A stretch of 64,000 nucleotides of DNA from Magallana gigas (GCF_963853765.1 NC_088858.1:36518001-36582000), one strand, 5' to 3'; numbered from the stretch's first letter, positions 1 through 12,294 are shown. Made by a program: numbers and translations. The notes: generated by a model from the letters alone, not told the origin.

Positions 1-277
1 CTGAGTTTAATTACTTTTGGGGTATCTGGTGGTCCAATGATATAAAATTTCAATAAATTGATACCGGTGTATACCGCATTGACCTTGATTTACTGAAATC
101 AAAGGGTTTTTGCTTCAAATAAAACAGTGTTGTTTAAAACATTTATGCCACAAACATTATTTAGGAATGTTTTTGCCACGTTAAGCAGGTTTAACATGTA
201 TTATATTTTTTTCTCATGTACATATATATCATATATATTTTATGTATGTATATCACCATTACATCATCCAAGACCAC

Positions 278-278
<1 letters not shown>

Positions 279-313
<35 letters not shown>

Positions 314-415
314 CGACCCCCCCCCCCCTGGAAAATGAAAATTTATTAAATTTACATAGTAAAATTATCGCGAAAATATGCCTCGGACCCCCCCTGGCAA
401 ACACAATTATCCTTC

Positions 416-449
<34 letters not shown>

Positions 450-452
450 ATG
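279..452. mobile_element. MITE with CATGCGCGGATC terminal inverted repeats and 5-bp TSD
   Basis: TIRs at 279-290 and 441-452, flanked by CCACG at 274-278 and 453-457, with internal G/C runs. Related ends at 13409-13420 and 56025-56206. Confidence 0.8.
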
Positions 453-2033
453 CCACGCATGGAAGGGAGAAAATTAAAATTATTTTTATTTAGGAAACTT
501 CGGTGTTGAAAATAAAAATATACATAGGGATGATTTAAATATATATATGGTCCAATAACTTTTTCACTTTGTTTTGTTTTGTTTGTTTGTTTGTTTTTTC
601 TGGGTTTTTTCTGGGGTTTTTTGTTTTTTTTTAATAAGGTCCTGTAAGATTTACCTCAACTATAAGCATTCATTTCCTATAGCTATATCATTGTATCATA
701 CTTAAGTTGACTACTTTTTTATTTTCATGTATTAATCATTCGTGACCATCTTTCAAAATAAAGAAAATAACCAATATAACTGTTCTTCCTGTTTTATTGA
801 AAAACGGTCGTTTGATGTGTGTAAATCACAAATGAACCATGTTTTGGTAAACTTAAGACCAAATCATGTACATTGATTTATTGACAAAACCATAGACTTA
901 TTACCATAGTCTGTCCCAACTTATTTTTGCCGCTTCTTAAATTATTCGATATAATTTATAAATACCTATTGATTCAGACGATGTTCATTCAATAGTAAGA
1001 AAAATCCCAAGATTTCCCTTTTGAAACGCCCCTCTAGCTTATCAGTTTCAATTCACGGTTAAACTAGAAAGTCTACGGGGATTTTGCATTGCATCAGCAA
1101 TAGTTAAGCCCGGATGAAAGCGTTAAATACTGTCGAGGTATTCCGAGTGACTTCCGAATGGAGAAAAGATGTCAACATTCCCCATTATAAATCTCCGTAG
1201 GAAACCTGTTTTCGTCCCTGTGAATTTTTACAAAGGAAAAATGATAATGTGTGAATGAAGTTATCTTGGAAATTTTCCCTTTCATCAATTTTAATTGCAC
1301 TTTTTTCACATGTATGTGTATTTTTATTAAAAATCGTCCAAATGTGCAGCAAAAATATCTTGGGACAAACTTTAGTAGCATTGGTAAAGATGTTCAAAGT
1401 AATGATAGAAATTGATTTTTAAATAAGATAAAAAATTTGTAAATGGATATACAATATTCATTAATCATACCTTTATCTAAGCTAAACCAGTCACTTGAAT
1501 TGAAAAAAACCCAATAACGTATAATGACTTTCATTACAGTTATAATCACAACATATAGTTTTAATTGTTATGAAAACCTTATCTCCTCTACTTCTCTGCA
1601 TGCATATATTAAAGTTACACATGTACATGTATCATAAACTTACACGTTGTGCAATAGATGATTCTGCATTTAAAAAACGCTAATAGAGAGTTAACCATGA
1701 TGTTACATTCATTAAGATCAGAAAACCAATCATCTGTCTATAAAATGCGTCTTAAATAAGTAACAATGTATGTTAAGAGGACCTTGAGGTTGTAGCCATA
1801 CTTAGACTGTATTTATCTCCTTTAGTAGAAGAGCTCTATATAGAAATATTTAATATTATGATAATACCAAAATTTAAAAGGCGAAATATATGGAATTTTT
1901 TTTATCACTTATTCAATAGTTTATAGCAAAACAGATCATATCTTAAAAATGTAGGCACGGCTGTTAGTTAATTTGTTAACAACCCGGCCTCCTTAATTAT
2001 TGATATCTTGAATCGTTCAGTATTATAGTATGG

Positions 2034-4442
2034 TCAATCAATATCAAAACACAGCTCGTTTTGGAGATAATTGGAGAGATCTTCAGTTTCATTCATACTT
2101 TTCACAAATACTGACTGCGCATTCAGCGAAGAAATGGTAAGTGTGTTTTCTTTTGTGTGGTTTTCCCCAAGGTAGATCATGTACAACCTATCAACCATGG
2201 TCTTAATTTCAAGAATCTCCAGTTCATCTTCATTTGTCAAGGGGCGGTCTATCAAAAGAACCATTACCCGCACTGCGTTGCTTCTAGCACCATTTTTAAA
2301 GGTTTTTGCTCGTTTTAGGAGTGATGCGAATTTGTCAAATGATATCAACAGGTTATCGTTGGGGGGTTGAAAGGGAAAGTCGCCATTAGAAGTGCACGAG
2401 TAAGAAACAACTCCAACGTGTATGTCTGCTGCATTTTCAAATCGAAGTTTCTGAAAACTCTGGATTATATTCAAAATTAATTTGGTGTCCTGATAACCTA
2501 TTGCTGCCGAATCAAATACAAACAAAATGTCGACAGGTTTCTCCATAATACAGAGCGCTGAAAAAAGAAAATAAAAGTGTGATAAAAAAAAATTTAATTT
2601 AATTTGAAATGTCAATCTGAATGATTTTTAAAATGTCGAATACTAGTTGCTGGAATTTAAATTGAAATTCTTTCTTAAATGTCGTACCGTAACTATCCAT
2701 TTGCTTTGCAGCAATTTGACAGGTCCTTTTGGCAAGAAGGTTTTCAACAGATTTCAAAGCATCGTACGTAGATACATCGAAGACAAAATTAAGATCTTCT
2801 GTTGGAGAACTTGCCATCGATATCAGTTCCTTTTTGTCGATGAAAGGTCCAACACCAATTGCAAAAATATTGATTCCGATTTCTTTCAGCAAACTTGCTT
2901 GTAAAAGAGTGTCAGATGGATCACGTGACAGTCCATCCGTTACAACGATTAAAATATGGGCAACATTAGAGCGAGCTAATCTGAATCCGTACTCTCTGAT
3001 ATTTTTAAGGGCAAATCCAGTGTCGGTGCCGCCTCTGAGATATGGAACATTATCGACTGCACCTAAAATATCCTCTTTAGTTGTGAAGTCGTTGAGGTTG
3101 AAGACGAGTCGAAAGTCATCGCTAAAAGTAAAAACCCCAACAGTTGTCTTTTCCGGGCCAATGTCGAACGCACTCACGATTGTTTTCACGAAGTTTAGTT
3201 GTTTCTTGAAATCATTGCGATGGATACTGCTGGAAGAATCCAACAAAAACAGAACATCTGCTGGCTTTTCATCACAACCTTAAACATATTTTATTATATT
3301 GTAGTTAAATACCAAGTCATATTTTTCATCTATTCACATATCCGGCGTTTATATGTGATTACTTACTTTCGAAAGTGGATGATTCGTTATGAGGCAAATC
3401 TTTCTGTACAGCTGGAAGACTTGTTGTAATAAATGTTTCTGTTAAGAAAAAAGTTCCACTAGTTAAGTTAATCGATAAATTTAATGATTAAATTGTTCTT
3501 CTCAAAATGGTCTGATTAAATGAGGAGGAAACTGAACAGAATGAAGATATCACCTCTAATTACAAACCTGTGCACGTCTTATTTATCAAAGTCTCTGTTA
3601 TATCTCTGAGATCTTCAAATTTCAACACTTGGTACACATGTTCCGGATTTCCTGTAATAAGGTTCAATTCTCTCACATTAACGTTGACACCAACGCCGAT
3701 TGCAAGCACAAAGATACCCAGTTCTCTTGCTTTTTGAGCCGATGCTTTGGTTGCAGATTCAGAAAAGCTTTCTCCATCAGTGATGACTATGATGATATCT
3801 TTAGCTTCTTCTCTAGCACCACTTTCCTCATTGAACATGGTCTCCAAAGCAAGTTGAATGGCAGCTGCCGTGTTCGTTCCACCAGAAAAGTAGTTGATTC
3901 TCCGAATTGCCGCGATCAGTTCTGATCTCTCGGTGTACTGATTTAAAGTAAACTCCAATCGTGGCTCATCGCTAAAAGAAATGACTCCAACCCTCGACTG
4001 GTTTTGAAGATGGCCGACATCAAGCGCTCCAGCGATGGTTTCCAGAAACTCCAACTGACGAACATATTCGTTTGGGAAAATGCTAGATGATGAATCAATT
4101 ATGAACACAAGATCCACCGGGTTTTCGACACATCGTAAATCTGAAAATCATAACAAGAATTAAAATCTTGTTCTTGTCAAAAATACCTTAAACTCTGATA
4201 ACTTAAGCTTATATATATGCGTAAACGCTTCTATGTTTAGAAATGTGCTTGTTGAAAAAAAATATTGCAAATAACCTACCTCCATAGCTTTTTGAGACCT
4301 AAAACATTAAAACGAATATGTAACTCTTGGATGTCGAAATTAAATGTAGTCATTTTATAAAAAAAAAACAACACCATTATCTCTTCCAAAAGGGGGAAAT
4401 ACCTACCAATACAACGGCCCACAAAACTAAGAAAGTCAGCAT
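2034..4442 (-). CDS. Secreted von Willebrand factor A (VWA) domain protein with three VWA domains (matrilin/collagen VI/PTMP-like), ~580 aa
   Basis: Exons 4442-4407 (MLTFLVLWAVVL), 4298-4280 (VSKSYG), 4140-3568, 3278-2688, 2557-2034. All junctions are GT-AG and phase-compatible; 1743 nt = 581 codons. VWA1 and VWA2 have MIDAS residues (DSSSS...GGTxT...TDG). VWA3 is degenerate (DSAAI). The N-terminus is a hydrophobic signal peptide. Confidence 0.88.
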
Positions 4443-6140
4443 AATTGTGTTCACATCTGAGAAACAACACGTCCAAATAAAGTTACAGCTCGGTCAGCTT
4501 TCTGTTTTTAAATTGTTTTAATCAAGTACCTAAGCGGGTCGTTCATCACTCCCGGAAAACGAAATATCACTGTTAAGCAAAACGTGACTTTTTTCGGATT
4601 TACTTACGATATAATTTTAGTGGAGAGTGCAGTACAGGAGTAAAGAGGGCTTGTTGGTCACGGCCATTTTAAGTTTTTTTCTAATGTCTTCCAGAAGAGA
4701 AGCTCTGTATGAATATATATAGTAAACATTCTAATTTTAGAGCATATGTAATTTATTTTTTTCTTTTATTACAAAGTTTCTAAGTTATAAAAGTAATATT
4801 TCATGATTAGAGTCGATCTGACGGGTTATTTATTGACCACACAACCTCCTTAGTTGTTTCGATTGATTTCGTCAATTTGTAGTTTATGGTAAAATATCTC
4901 AATCAAACTTCTTTTTTGTTATTTTATCCGTTCTGGTTTTTTCCCTGTTAATAGCAATTTGGCACATTAATCATTTCTGTATTTCTTTTTTACAAGATCA
5001 TTATTATTGTGAAAGCTGATAAGCTATATCGGTATAGATCTGTTGTGCGTTTCTTGTTTCTTGATTATACACTTTAGTTAATACTTCGTTACCACAAAAA
5101 GATACGTTTATGATAATTTGCATTTCACCGCATTTGCAAATTGTCAACGTATGGAGTATAACAGGTTACAAGAAATGTGGGGTTTTTTGGGGGGTTATTT
5201 TTTTTTTGGGGGGGGGGGGGTCTTTAGGGGGGGAGTTTTTGTATTTTGTTTTCATTTTCGTTGTTTGGAGGGGAATTCATTTTTCGATTGTTTTTGTTGT
5301 TGGTTTGTAGGTTTTTTAATTTTTGGTTTTTTTTTTCTTCTTTATTTTACGGGGGTGGGTACATGTATTTAAACATGTACCATTGTTTCAATAAATCGTG
5401 AACAAGGACGAGAGACACGACAGAGCAAAACGGCCAAATATCGTAACATGCTGTTAAAGAAGTCATCTGCAACATGTTTATTGTCACATTGTCTTGGAAT
5501 TGCAGCAACTGAATCGAATCATCAAGGGTAACAGAGGTTACCTTCCAAAACCATAATGTTTTCACTAACTATCTGCACGTGCTGAATATTTGTCATTCAT
5601 TGGTGTACTACGGCAACTTCGTCTGCTTTTTGCTTTAGTTAGAGTGAAGGGCTCTGATCACGATATTACAAAATTTTACCATTTCTTCAGTTTTGAAAAA
5701 AGTATCTGTTTTTATTTTTTTAAAATTTGCGTGCTAATATTGATCGTAATTTTCTATATAGCATTCGTAATTTTTTTTAAAAAATGAGCTTAAAGACGCA
5801 TTGTTCAATTCGCATCAAATTTGTAGCTTTCTCGGTTCAGTACTCGGTGACTTTTACTTTTACGACCTATGACCTTTATGCTGGGTTTTTTAATCCTGCA
5901 GATTTATTTCAATATTTAATTGGAGGATTTCTCTTAAGTGTCACTAGGGACGAACACATGTGATATTTATAATTTTGAAGAGTGCTTTTTACCGCACAAA
6001 TTGCATTGGTGGTCTAAAGTTCAGATCACTCGAAAACACCTCCTGTGTTTCATTAAATTCTACGAATGAACTCAATGTACATCATTTAGCAACCCAAACG
6101 CCCTTTTACGTCAGTACAGGCTCATAATTTATACGTGACA

Positions 6141-6453
6141 TTATATAAATAGTTTGGGAGAGTAAAAGTTGAAATTGACACCCAGAGAAAACCATTGTCA
6201 ACCGACGCAAAGCGGAGGTTAAGAATGGTTTTCAAGGGGTGTCAATTTCAACTCTTACCTTCCTAAACATGCACTATATATTTTATTATACTGAAAGTCT
6301 TAATTTTAAAGAAATTTATTCCGAATGGTACTCACATAATTTATGCGCATGTAACCCGTTACCAAGTGTGTTGCTAACGCTGAGGGTAATAGAATGGAAT
6401 GTTAACTGCGTCTAAACTATAATCAGATTTCAGTATTTAACATGAAAGTATAA
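6141..6453 (+). mobile_element. Non-autonomous interspersed repeat with a long internal palindrome (copy 1)
   Basis: Runs TTATATAAATAG...GTTGAAATTGACACCC...GGGGTGTCAATTTCAAC...CATGAAAGTATAA. Colinear with 50092-50455. Confidence 0.8.
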
Positions 6454-6515
6454 TAAGGAATGATAACATATGCATACAAGAAATACAAACAATAACCATT
6501 TGGCAAAAACAATTT

Positions 6516-7453
6516 TTATACAACTATCTGACAAGTTCCATAACCGGTGTGTGTCAAAATCTCTTCCACTTGATGTAGTGCTTGTGCAAGGGATGCGTCG
6601 GCTGTTAGATGCATTGGTTGACAGGAGTAGCCTACAGAATTAAACGGATTTGATACACGGTTATTTAAACCGTAGAGGCTATTTTTAAAAGTGTTTTTAA
6701 ACATTTTATGAACTTTTATGATAAAGTACGATGTATGCATGATTTTAACGATTCAAGTTTATATGTTCCCCCAAATGAAGCATTCTTTGATACATTTGTT
6801 TCCTTTGCACTCAGATATTTTATTCAAAAATCCTTACTACAAACAAAAACCACCTTGAATAACAGTACTAATTGTTTTACCTGGAGCACAGTTACAGTGG
6901 TAAGTATGAAGAGAATGGCCCGGCAGGTGGCAGGGTTGTGATACGTTCTGGTAGGCGGAGCAATACTTGCCGTGATAGTCCGTCACACAGCAATGAGTGG
7001 AGGGACAGTCGGGGTCTGACGAACATTCGTTCCTCAGGGCACCCTACATGGTAACATCTCATTACATTGGTCACAGAAACAAGAAAAATACAGTATCCCA
7101 GACGGTCTACAGTCCCAAGACTGTAGAATTTATTCAAAGACAATGTTAATCACGTGTGTGTAAAATGTTTTGCATTTTTGTCCAAAGATTATATTGTCAT
7201 ATATATTGCACAGATTCACACGTGTTCGATCTTGCAATTGAGAATTTCCATTCCATAAATGACAACGTGAAATCTGCATGTAATAACTATTTACATGTCA
7301 ATTTAAATTGATATGGTATATATTTTTCTGCAAAAAAATAGTTAATTTTAAAGATGTTTAAAAGAAAAAAGTAACTTAAGAAAAAAAAACCCACGAACAT
7401 ACCATGACAATGCCAAGAGTAATACAAAAAGCGAGTCCGGTGAGGCAATGCAT
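6516..7453 (-). CDS. Secreted cysteine-rich prokineticin/astakine/MIT (colipase-fold)-like peptide, 109 aa
   Basis: Exons 7453-7403 (MHCLTGLAFCITLGIVM, donor GTATGT), 7043-6881 (GALRNECSSDPDCPSTHCCVTDYHGKYCSAYQNVSQPCHLPGHSLHTYHCNCAP), 6631-6516 (GYSCQPMHL...GYGTCQIVV*). Cys spacing C-x5-C-x4-CC-x8-C-x9-C-x11-CxC-x5-C-x29-C matches the prokineticin pattern. Confidence 0.85.
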
Positions 7454-8762
7454 TCTGTTGCTAGAAATCTTTGATACCTTCGATCTTCAGCTGGAACTCT
7501 ATTAAGTCTGGTGGGTCTTATCAAGAGGAACAGGCAGTGTTGGAACTCTATTCTACGTAATACTTCGTGATACTGGACTGTTAGGTTAAAATCTAGATTG
7601 GGACAAAAGATCACTCGACCACGCGTACGGTGCCAACGGAATACGGATATTAAATGTCTTAGTTTAACCTTTAAAAAAGCTTTGCTTTGGGAATCGAACA
7701 ATTAAAAAAAACTACATATATTGCAGTCCGACTTTATAATACATTCGGATATTGAGAGGAATCTGCCAAAATAAAATATACAGTACATGTATATTATATC
7801 ATAATTTTAATTCGATTCAAGTTCTCTGAACTTTTAGATTTAACCTAGTAAAGTATCTTAAAAATAATTAGCATGTGTTTTCCCCACTGAACGTTGTTAA
7901 AAAGAATTTCCTGGGTTAAAATGGCACGTACCGTATCTCGAAATTGTGCCTTAGATAAACTCAAAATTCATAGTGACAGCATTATGCGATACAATTTTCT
8001 CGGATTTTAAAATTATTTTAAAAGCATTGCTCCAATTTTTTAGCACATATTTGACAAAAATTGCTAAACATATTTGTATTTGATTGGTTGAGAAATAAGT
8101 AGTGCGCTGTACAGTAGTTAAGGTATACCAACCCTCGGACAAGAAAGGTAACTCTCAATCGGATCAAGAGTCATAGGCAAAAAGTTCCGTCAAATTTCGT
8201 CTGCAAGGTACGCTTATACGATTTCTAACTTAATTACAACATACATTGACAAATAATCGGCATGCGATATTATTTAGGTGTTCCGTTTCAATATAATGTA
8301 TCCTCTGGGTTAAAATTAGAAAATGCTAACAAGCTTTTTATCAAAAAGAAGAAACATTGATACATGTAGTTCTACATTTATATGGCACACTTTTTTCATC
8401 CTAAAAAAGATAAACGATTTATACAAAATTATTTGTTTATTGAATACAAACTACAACATAAAAATAATTAAGTACCGATTTATCAACATAAGTGCATCAA
8501 GCACATACCGAATCAGTCTGTACAAATAAAAAAATATGATTATCTGTATAAAAAATTATATGTTTGAAAAAAAATAAAAATTTTAAAAATATGCATTTTT
8601 CTGTGCTTGTTAATTCTAAACAAAAGATTTTTTATGATTGTTGTTAGGGAAAAAAGAAATGAAAACCGTATAACAGTAATCTTGAGGGTATTTTTGTCAC
8701 ATTAAAATATTCAAGTTGAAACAGGATGACTTCATGAACATGGTGTCTGACGGTTTTTAACA

Positions 8763-8910
8763 CAGATTTATAAAGTTCCTCCCCGTTCTTGTAAAGTTCA
8801 TTACGTACACCTTTCTACGCAGATTTATAAAGTCCACCTTATTCTTGTAATGTTCATGTAAGTCAATCTTTCAATGCAGATTTTATAAAGTTCCTCCCGA
8901 TTCTAGTAGT
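8763..8910. repeat. Degenerate 57-bp tandem repeat (~3 copies) just downstream of the USP-A stop codon
   Basis: CAGATTT(T)ATAAAGT recurs at 8763, 8820 and 8877. Confidence 0.7.
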
Positions 8911-8925
8911 TTGTGCGTAAATTTT

Positions 8926-11900
8926 TCAATGGCGACATACAATGACTGGGACGGACGAATGGTGGACAACGTAATCGCTCACACTCCCTAAGATAGTCCG
9001 TCGGATTTTCCCGAGACCTCGTGAGGCAATGATTATCATGGTGACCCCTAATTCTTCCGACTTTTGGATGATTTGCTCTCCGGGAATACCGTGGGCTCGT
9101 ACAACGTTTCCTTGGACCTGAAACAATAAGTGATATAGCTATATGGATATTGCCTGGAACAATAAGTGATATAGCTATATGGATATTGCCTGGAACAATC
9201 AGTGATATAGCTATATGGATTTTGCCTGGAACAATCAGTGATATAGCTATATGGATATTGCCTGGAACAATCAGTGATATAGCTATATGGATATTGCCTG
9301 GAACAATCAGTGATATAGCTATATGGATATTGATTTCGTCAAGTCATTCTTGAGCTAAGAAAAAGAAGTATCTTCGATTTAGGAAACCTCTTCATGCATA
9401 TTCAATATGTGAATGAAAATTAAAAATCAATCATTTCTGATAAGCGTACTATATAAATCGGTACGTTTCCCGGAGCATTCAACAATATCTTGATGTACGG
9501 ATATTGACTTCGCATACCCATTCTTGAGATGAGAAAAAGCAGTATCTTTGACTTAGGACACTGCTTCGTGCATATTCAAAATGTGAATGGAAATTAAATT
9601 GTTTATTTACTGATAAGCGTGCAATATCAGTTCTAAGAAACACATTACCCCGGCATCCATGAGGATTGCATCTAGTTTTTTAATGGCGACTTTAGCTTTC
9701 TCTTCTTCTTCTTTATAAGCCATGTGAACCATGGTGGGATCAACTGGCATCCAGTTAGCTGCAAGAAAAAGAGACAAATGAAATAAACATTATCTAAGCA
9801 CGCAGGTAGCTAAAGCAACAACTAATAAATGCAAGCAGGTGATGACACAACAAAACTTTAGCTGTTGACGGAATAGCGAGTTCAGGTTGTATATATGTGA
9901 GACATATGTGAGATATGCTGCATATGCATAGTTACAATAAAACAAATCGCGTATCTTGGTGAAGATAGGGAATGCTTGCAATCGGTCACAGATTGAAAAA
10001 AAAAATATCAGAAACGGAATGGATTTCAGCTCCAATCGCTTCGTAGCCAAAATATTCAGAATACAGCTCTGGTTTTCATTTGGTAACCCCACCACCTCTA
10101 TTAAAAAAATGTGTAACTCAATTTGACGCATGAATGTACGACGTAGTTTAAATAATATTTGTTCGCATTAGCTTACCTTATCACATTGTGCAATACTATG
10201 AAACCTACTTACGATATCAAAACCTACTTGTCGATACAATGACTGCAATTTAGTGCATTGAACCGACTATAATTGAACACGTGTATCACAGATAAAGGAA
10301 ATATGAACCGATGGTGTGGAAAAACATGAAGCTGATGATTACATTTAAGGCCGCTATTTTGTCGTTTACGTTATGATCAAGCTATTTTCAGATTATACTT
10401 TAATGAGTTTCAGAATTAGCCACATAACGGCACCAGATATTTGTTTCCATGTCTCGTGTTTTCAGAATATACGCCCAAGTTAGACACCTAAAACATACTG
10501 CGCCACCCAATAACGAAGCGACTGACGTAAAAAACAAACAACTAAGTAGAAAGATAGAAGTGGGAGACGGCGCAGAAACTTCGACAGAAGGAAATAAGGC
10601 TCGTTATAACGAGTATCTTATATCCTGCAGACTAAGTGTAATTGGGGCTTTAACCCCCCAAGCTTCGTTACATGTTAACTTATTGAACTATATGGATTTG
10701 GAACATAAAGTAGCTAGGCAGAAGCTTGCATATAATTTTTTTAATCATATCTATCATCAATCCCAAAAGTGAGAAAAATCTGCCGTTGAACGTATCAAAA
10801 TTACATAATCTTTAGACAGGGTAATTTAGGTAATTTACTTTAGTATAATCATTTCAAAAATCACAGGCATGTGGTGTTATATCAATGGCTATGTGTTTAC
10901 GACTGTTTATCATGATGGAAATTAATTACTTCCTCGTTATTTATGAAGCTGCGTATGTAAAATGAGAATGAAGCATAACGTTAGATTTGTAATTTTTCCT
11001 TGTTTTTTTTTCTCAAAGGCATATAACAGCCGTTTTGTTAAGATGTATCTACAAAACATCTTTAGATAATTAGTCTTTCTGCTGAGTGCTCTCTTAAACC
11101 ATAATAATGAACCATGTAGGCATGAAACAATGTAAATGTATAATACAACATACATACACACGTCATGAAGACTTCAGTTTCCAAGTCAAGGGTTTCTGAT
11201 CCGCTCCTCTCTACATGCATACATACATTTATGTAGAGCGCAGCGGATCACTAATGACGACATACAACTCTACATACCGGTATGAAAAAAGAAAAATGAA
11301 AACGTATAGCTTTGGTTGGAACTAAAATATTACAGAGGTAATCCTAGAGCAATGGAGCAGAGAAATATGTAGACCGAAATATTTGACGTTTTCCTGGCCT
11401 TTTTTTTACGATTCTGATATTTCACAAACATATATCGTAAAATATTAAAACCGTTAAAAACAAAAGCCGCCAGGAAAACGACATAGAAATATGGAGATAT
11501 GCGCCTCTCTCTTCTTATAGAAGAAAATAAGGTTACAGCAACTTACATCCGAATGACGATGAATTTCTGTGATCTGTGACGTGGAGGACAATGACCTCAT
11601 CACGGTCTTTTTGATACATATTTTTCGCAAACCCTAAAATAAAACAGAAATCGAGGAAAAGATTGAGAAAAAATAAAATTAAGCAACTTTTATTATTATG
11701 CCTATTTGATACTTTCAGTTGTTTTGATGCTGGATAAGTGAACAATCGTATGCATTGTTTATAAGTAAAAAGCACTATTCATAAAATCCGGTCTTTATCA
11801 ACAATGCGTTTAAACCTCGTAACAACGCCGGAAGTATAGGCCTATATATGCGCCTATATCAACATTCACACCACGACCCGATGAAAAAAAAAATACTTCG

Positions 11901-12001
11901 GAAAAAAATCGATAGAAGTACTTACATTTCAACGCCCCTTCTGAATATTCACTGCCATCCATAGCAATCATTATTTTTCGTTTATTTACTGAATCCGCCA
12001 T
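8926..12001 (-). CDS. Universal stress protein (UspA-like), paralog A, 154 aa
   Basis: Exons 12001-11926, 11633-11547, 9758-9649, 9117-8926 (intron phases 1,1,0). N-terminal IAMDGS; C-terminal ASRGLGKIRRTILGSVSDYVVHHSSVPVIV. Confidence 0.92.
9117..9332. repeat. 36-bp minisatellite, 6 copies, overlapping the USP-A exon 4 acceptor
   Basis: Unit CCTGGAACAAT(A/C)AGTGATATAGCTATATGGATATTG starts at 9117, 9153, 9189, 9225, 9261 and 9297. Confidence 0.95.
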
Positions 12002-12136
12002 TGCCTAAAATATTAATGTGCACTAAAAAAAATGAGGCCTGCACTAAGACGAGATAATTTAATCTACTCTACTATCACTTTACAACATTCAAATGACACC
12101 GGGTCACGCTTCGATGACAACCCGAACAGGCATAAT

Positions 12137-12161
12137 GGAAAACTCCAGAAAATACCAGAAT
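12137..12161. promoter_or_regulatory. Imperfect heat-shock element (five nGAAn/nTTCn units) upstream of USP-A
   Basis: gGAAa-aCTCc-aGAAa-aTACc-aGAAt, with GAA at 12138, 12148 and 12158 in exact 10-bp phase. Confidence 0.35.
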
Positions 12162-12294
12162 GCAGTCAGTGTGTATGATCGCTTCGCGCATTGAGTTTTT
12201 TAATCAATAAGCTGGTGCCCCGACAGGGAAGTATCGGCTTTGGGTAAATGTATTTAAAACTACAAACAACCCCGAGTCAATCGTGGAGCTATCT

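Noticed and set aside
127-477. 116-aa ORF
   Set aside because: It is produced largely by the G/C-rich MITE at 279-452 and has no domain features.
5347-5565. Candidate first coding exon of the VWA gene
   Set aside because: A better signal-peptide exon with correct phases exists at 4442-4407. This segment may be UTR.
9117-9332. CRISPR-like 36-bp array and repetitive ORF 9150-9353
   Set aside because: The units are contiguous with no unique spacers, there are no cas genes, and the context is a eukaryotic intron. The ORF is a repeat artefact.
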